This document shows, piece after piece, positions 60,357 to 64,000 of a stretch of 64,000 nt of DNA. Origin of the DNA: Bigelowiella natans CCMP2755 (taxonomy: Eukaryota > Protista > Cercozoa); assembly GCA_000320545.1 (NCBI GenBank), contig ADNK01001387.1:38634-102633 (forward strand). Direction: 5' to 3'. Positions within the stretch are counted from its first letter, which is position 1. Each line of letters starts with the position of its first letter. The notes below the pieces were generated by a model that did not search any database, had not been told where the DNA came from, and saw only the letters and a program-made list of their open reading frames with translations. The position numbers and the translations under genes were made by a program.

Positions 60357-63300
60357 ATGCAAAGGTATGCTGCAGGTAGAGTCGGCTACAGGCATGAGGC
60401 TAAAGCAGATCAAGAGAACAAAGCAGCTAAAGATGAAAGAGAGTTAGCTTGTTTGAAAGGAGTCTCGACCTTTCGCTCGAGCCACGAATTAGGTTGTGAG
60501 TGCACGCTTTTTCCTATTTAGTATGCGCCATTTTAGGCTCTATAGGCACATTCTACGCGCGAGTAAACACTTGCGCTGCTAGTTGTATGGATGAGAGCCC
60601 AAAAGCACCATCATTCAGAAAGAAATACATTTTCACAAAGTAAACCCTGCTGTGGTTCCACATGATTCACTGTCAGTTATGAATGGTTTATGAGCAATTA
60701 GAATAAGATCAATTATGTAGGACAAGCAAATCATCCCAAAACTCTAAATAATTCAATGCACTAGGGAGATTCAGTGACCATGGCCCCATGGATGAAATCC
60801 CAACTCTGGATAGTCAGAACAGTAAAGCAATGGCGGGAAAAATGAATGAGGTTTAAAAGCTTGGAAACTGAAAGAATATTATGTTACTTAGCTTTCTATG
60901 TGATATTTAACTGCATTGTAAACTCATTGGCCATTGGCAAGGTGATCAAACCACTGGAATGGGAAGATTTCCGTTTTCCGACTCAGAAAGAGACGTTTGA
61001 TTTCTTTAAGAAAAAGGTAGTTATTATATTTGTCATATTCGTCCAAAGTTCTTTTTAAATTGCATCTCGAAGTTGAAGTCATATACTACAATGATTACAA
61101 TTGAGAATTACATGGCCTGGTGTGTCTGACCTAAGAAATCGTGGGCGGGATTAGTGAGCATTCCTTCGATTATATCATTAGCTTCCAATCCTCTCATGGG
61201 TTCCGATGACAACCAAAGATACTTTTAGAGCTGATGTAGGTTCGTTGAATTATTGCGCCAAATGTACATGTCATGGAAAAAATTATAAAATACAACGAAG
61301 CGTGTTCTCGTGTACATTATTACAGTTGCAGGATTTACTATCCTTGTCATGGTGGTTCCTCAGGGGTACAAATTATGGCAATTTAAAATATTTCTGGGAT
61401 AGGATTCCTTACTATTTCAATTATTCAGAATGTCTTATGCAAACATTGTGGGAATACCCCTCGTCTATGGATTATACTCAACACTGGTGCCTTGCTTAGT
61501 ATACGCTGCTCTTGGTAAACTCTCGATAAATCTGTCTGCTAAGATGACAAATTGTTAATGTATCTACGTCACATTTTAATCTAAAAATTGCTATCAACAA
61601 GGTGGTTGCCGTCAGGGGGCTGTTGGGCCAACGGCTCTAGTCGCTATTTTGACGAATGCCGCCATTGATGGTCTCCTTACTGAAGAAGAATGTCCAGCTT
61701 TTTTCGATGGTATCAAGTGTTTGTCTTTTCTCTATGTGAAAATCAATGAACATCGGTTTTTACATAATGCAGGGAGCCAATCTGGAGCTCAGAGTGAAGT
61801 GTGTCCTGAGGAACTCGCAAAATTAGCATCTTTGACTGCATTTATTACTGGCATACTGCAGGCACGAAAGTCATATTTTCTTTTGGTGTTGTGTTAAAAT
61901 AATTTTTTCCCAAAATTATAGATTGGGGGAGCGATCTTCCAACTAGGCTTCATTGTACAATTCATGGCTCAACCTGTCGTATCGGGATTTACAAGTGCTG
62001 CTGCTTTCTTAATAGCTTTGACTCAAGTACGAAATGTCCTTGGATTTTCTATTGAGCGTTCGCAGTTCATTTATGTGACGATCGGAGAGATCGCGAATAA
62101 CATTCATAAGACAAACCCGATCAATGCCGTTCTTGGTTTTTCTTTCTTCTTCATGTTAAGAGCCACCTCTTCAATAGCCAAAAAATATAAGTATTTTGCG
62201 TGGTTGCGACCCCTCGCACCTTTAATTATGTGCGTGCTTGGATCAGTAATCGTTTACGCTGCTGATCTCGATACTGAACACGGTGTGGAAGTTGTAGGGG
62301 ATGTTCCTGGTGGTTTGCCTCCATTCTCACCGCCAGATGCGTCTGACATCGGGCGTGTGATTATACCTTCCATAACAATTGTGGTGTTGTCCTACCTTGT
62401 TGCGAGCGCAAATGCCAAAACTCTTGCAGCCCTGAATAATTATGAGGTAGATGCAGGGCAAGAACTGTTTGCTCTCGGGTCTATGAATTTCGTTGGATCT
62501 CTCTTTTCTGGTTTTCCTTCAACAATATCTTTTTCTCGAGCGGCTGTTGCAAACTCAGTTGGTGCTAAAACGCAGTTTTTTGGTGCTGTCACAGGTGTGG
62601 GTATGATTTTAACTCTAGTTTTGTTGACTCCAGTATTCGCATACTTACCCAACTTTGTGTTGGGTTCTATCGTTATGTCATCTGTTGTCAACCTGGTTGC
62701 CTATGAGGATGCCATTGAATTATGGAAGACAAAAAAATCAGATTGTTCATTGTGGTTTTTGGCATTTCTGGGAACCTTGTTCCTTGGAATACTCAATGGT
62801 GTATTACTTGCTGTGAGCATCTCTCTGATTCTTGTGATCTATGAGTCTGTCCGACCCCAAGTATCTCTTATATGGCGGGTGAAAGGAACGACGACGTACC
62901 GAAGTGTCAAGCAAGCACCAAATGGGGAATGGGTCAAGGGCATTCTTATTGTCCGTTTTGGTGCACCGATGTATTTTGCCAATATGGCCTACATTCGTGA
63001 CACCCTTTATGCAATGATAAAGAAAGGAGATCAAGAGGAGATTCGTTACTTGATTCTAGAGATGTCGCCAGTGATTAGCATGGACAGTTCCGCTCTTCAC
63101 ATTTTGGAGGACATGGCGAGAGATTTCGAAACACGTGGACTTCAACTATGTTTCGCAAATACTGGCAGTAGAGTATTCAAATTGTTTACAAAAGCAGGAT
63201 TTGTTCAAAAACAAGGAGAAGAATGGTTTCAACCAAGGTATTTACACAATTATGCTCTCATAATGCTTCGAAACTAAAATTCTATTTTTGTGTTTAGCAC

Positions 63301-63430
63301 TGCCGGTGCTGTGTCACAATGTTTGATCCATAAAAAATTGGGCCATGCTTCCAGAGATGTAGTCAATAGAGAGTACATGAAGGCCGGTCCTGACGATGGA
63401 GAAGAGGAAACAAAAGACACCTACGTGTGA
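60357..63430 (+). CDS. SulP/SLC26 anion (sulfate/bicarbonate) transporter with STAS domain
   Basis: GITIGVMVVPQGMSY-type motif region (~61320-61500: SMSYANIVGIPLVYGLYSTLVP), GPTALVAI, AQPVVSGFTSAAAFLI, GDVPGGLP, QELFALG, GFPSTISFSRAAVANSVGAKTQ, YESVRP, STAS IVRFGAPMYFAN...MDSSALHIL. Last exon ends DTYV* at 63430. The start codon is tentative. Confidence 0.93.
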
Positions 63431-64000
63431 TGGGTCTCACTCTGGATCATTTCCGGTTTTTTCCAATGCCAACAACATGTAGTTAAACCAACCCGACACT
63501 GACGCAACTCTTTGAGCTAACACATGTGTCCCGAATTTGCAAGCTCGATTGTCATGGCGCGGCGTTGATGGTGTGCATCCGAAATTTCAGTGCGTTCCAA
63601 AATTCACTTGTTTGTGCAAATGCATGATGACAAATGTGAACACTGACATTGCATCATGAAAAATCGCACACAATGTGCACAGATGTGTTGTGATTTTGAC
63701 ATGCATTGAACAAAGCGCACACTTCATGGAAATTGATCGACATCTTGAGCATCGAGGCTAGCTAGCAAGCAACGATGATTGACAAAAACATGGCCTCAAT
63801 GACAATGAAATTTTGCCGATCGCATCGCTTCCATGATGCACAACCGCATCCTGTTTTTGCATTCAACAAAGACTGTTTGTCCCAAACTAGCGAACAACCA
63901 GCAAACATCAACTTCAAATGACAAAGACGACGAAAAAACCACAATGTGTGCCGTTTTTGCTTTGCTGTTCCAGCACTGCATTGCAATCAATGTCAGCATT
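63431..64000. other. TG/CA-rich tract downstream of SulP
   Basis: Starts just after the stop codon; rich in tgcatg, gtgcac and gctagctagc. Confidence 0.6.

Noticed and set aside
60357-63430. SulP as a novel finding
   Set aside because: Ordinary SulP+STAS architecture; the small Cys-containing loop insert is not enough to flag.
1-64000. Alternative genetic code or frameshifting to explain broken ORFs
   Set aside because: Breaks were resolved by ordinary spliceosomal introns wherever a conserved domain allowed checking.

Overview
This is eukaryotic nuclear DNA from an intron-rich protist. Introns are GT-AG (one probable GC-AG), and many are filled with microsatellites. The style resembles a chlorarachniophyte (Bigelowiella-like) genome, but that assignment is inference only. 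I saw no rRNA, tRNA, CRISPR array or intact transposon. Splicing exons by eye gives about 14 protein-coding genes, in order: AGC kinase (-), giant PKD1-like REJ/GPS receptor (+), ankyrin-TRP channel (-), NYN-BART-cold-shock fusion (+), cytochrome b5-acyl-CoA dehydrogenase ending in SRM (-), DegP/DegQ-type protease ending in SKL (+), two hypothetical proteins (-,+), a coiled-coil protein (-), a 67-aa MOZART2-like protein (+), TBC1D12/14-like RabGAP (-), a degenerate ThiE/TenI-like barrel (+), a Cys-rich type I membrane protein (-) and a SulP/SLC26 transporter (+). Four observations stand out. (1) Gene orientation alternates strictly, and every tail-to-tail junction holds a TG/CA-rich tract that looks like CpG decay. 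(2) A head-to-head pair of PTS1-bearing genes includes an apparently peroxisomal bacterial-type HtrA. (3) An RNase domain is fused to an ARL-binding domain and cold-shock domains. (4) Several genes are invisible in the ORF track, including the MZT2-like gene. All gene models were spliced by hand and family assignments rest on remembered motifs. No database search was run.
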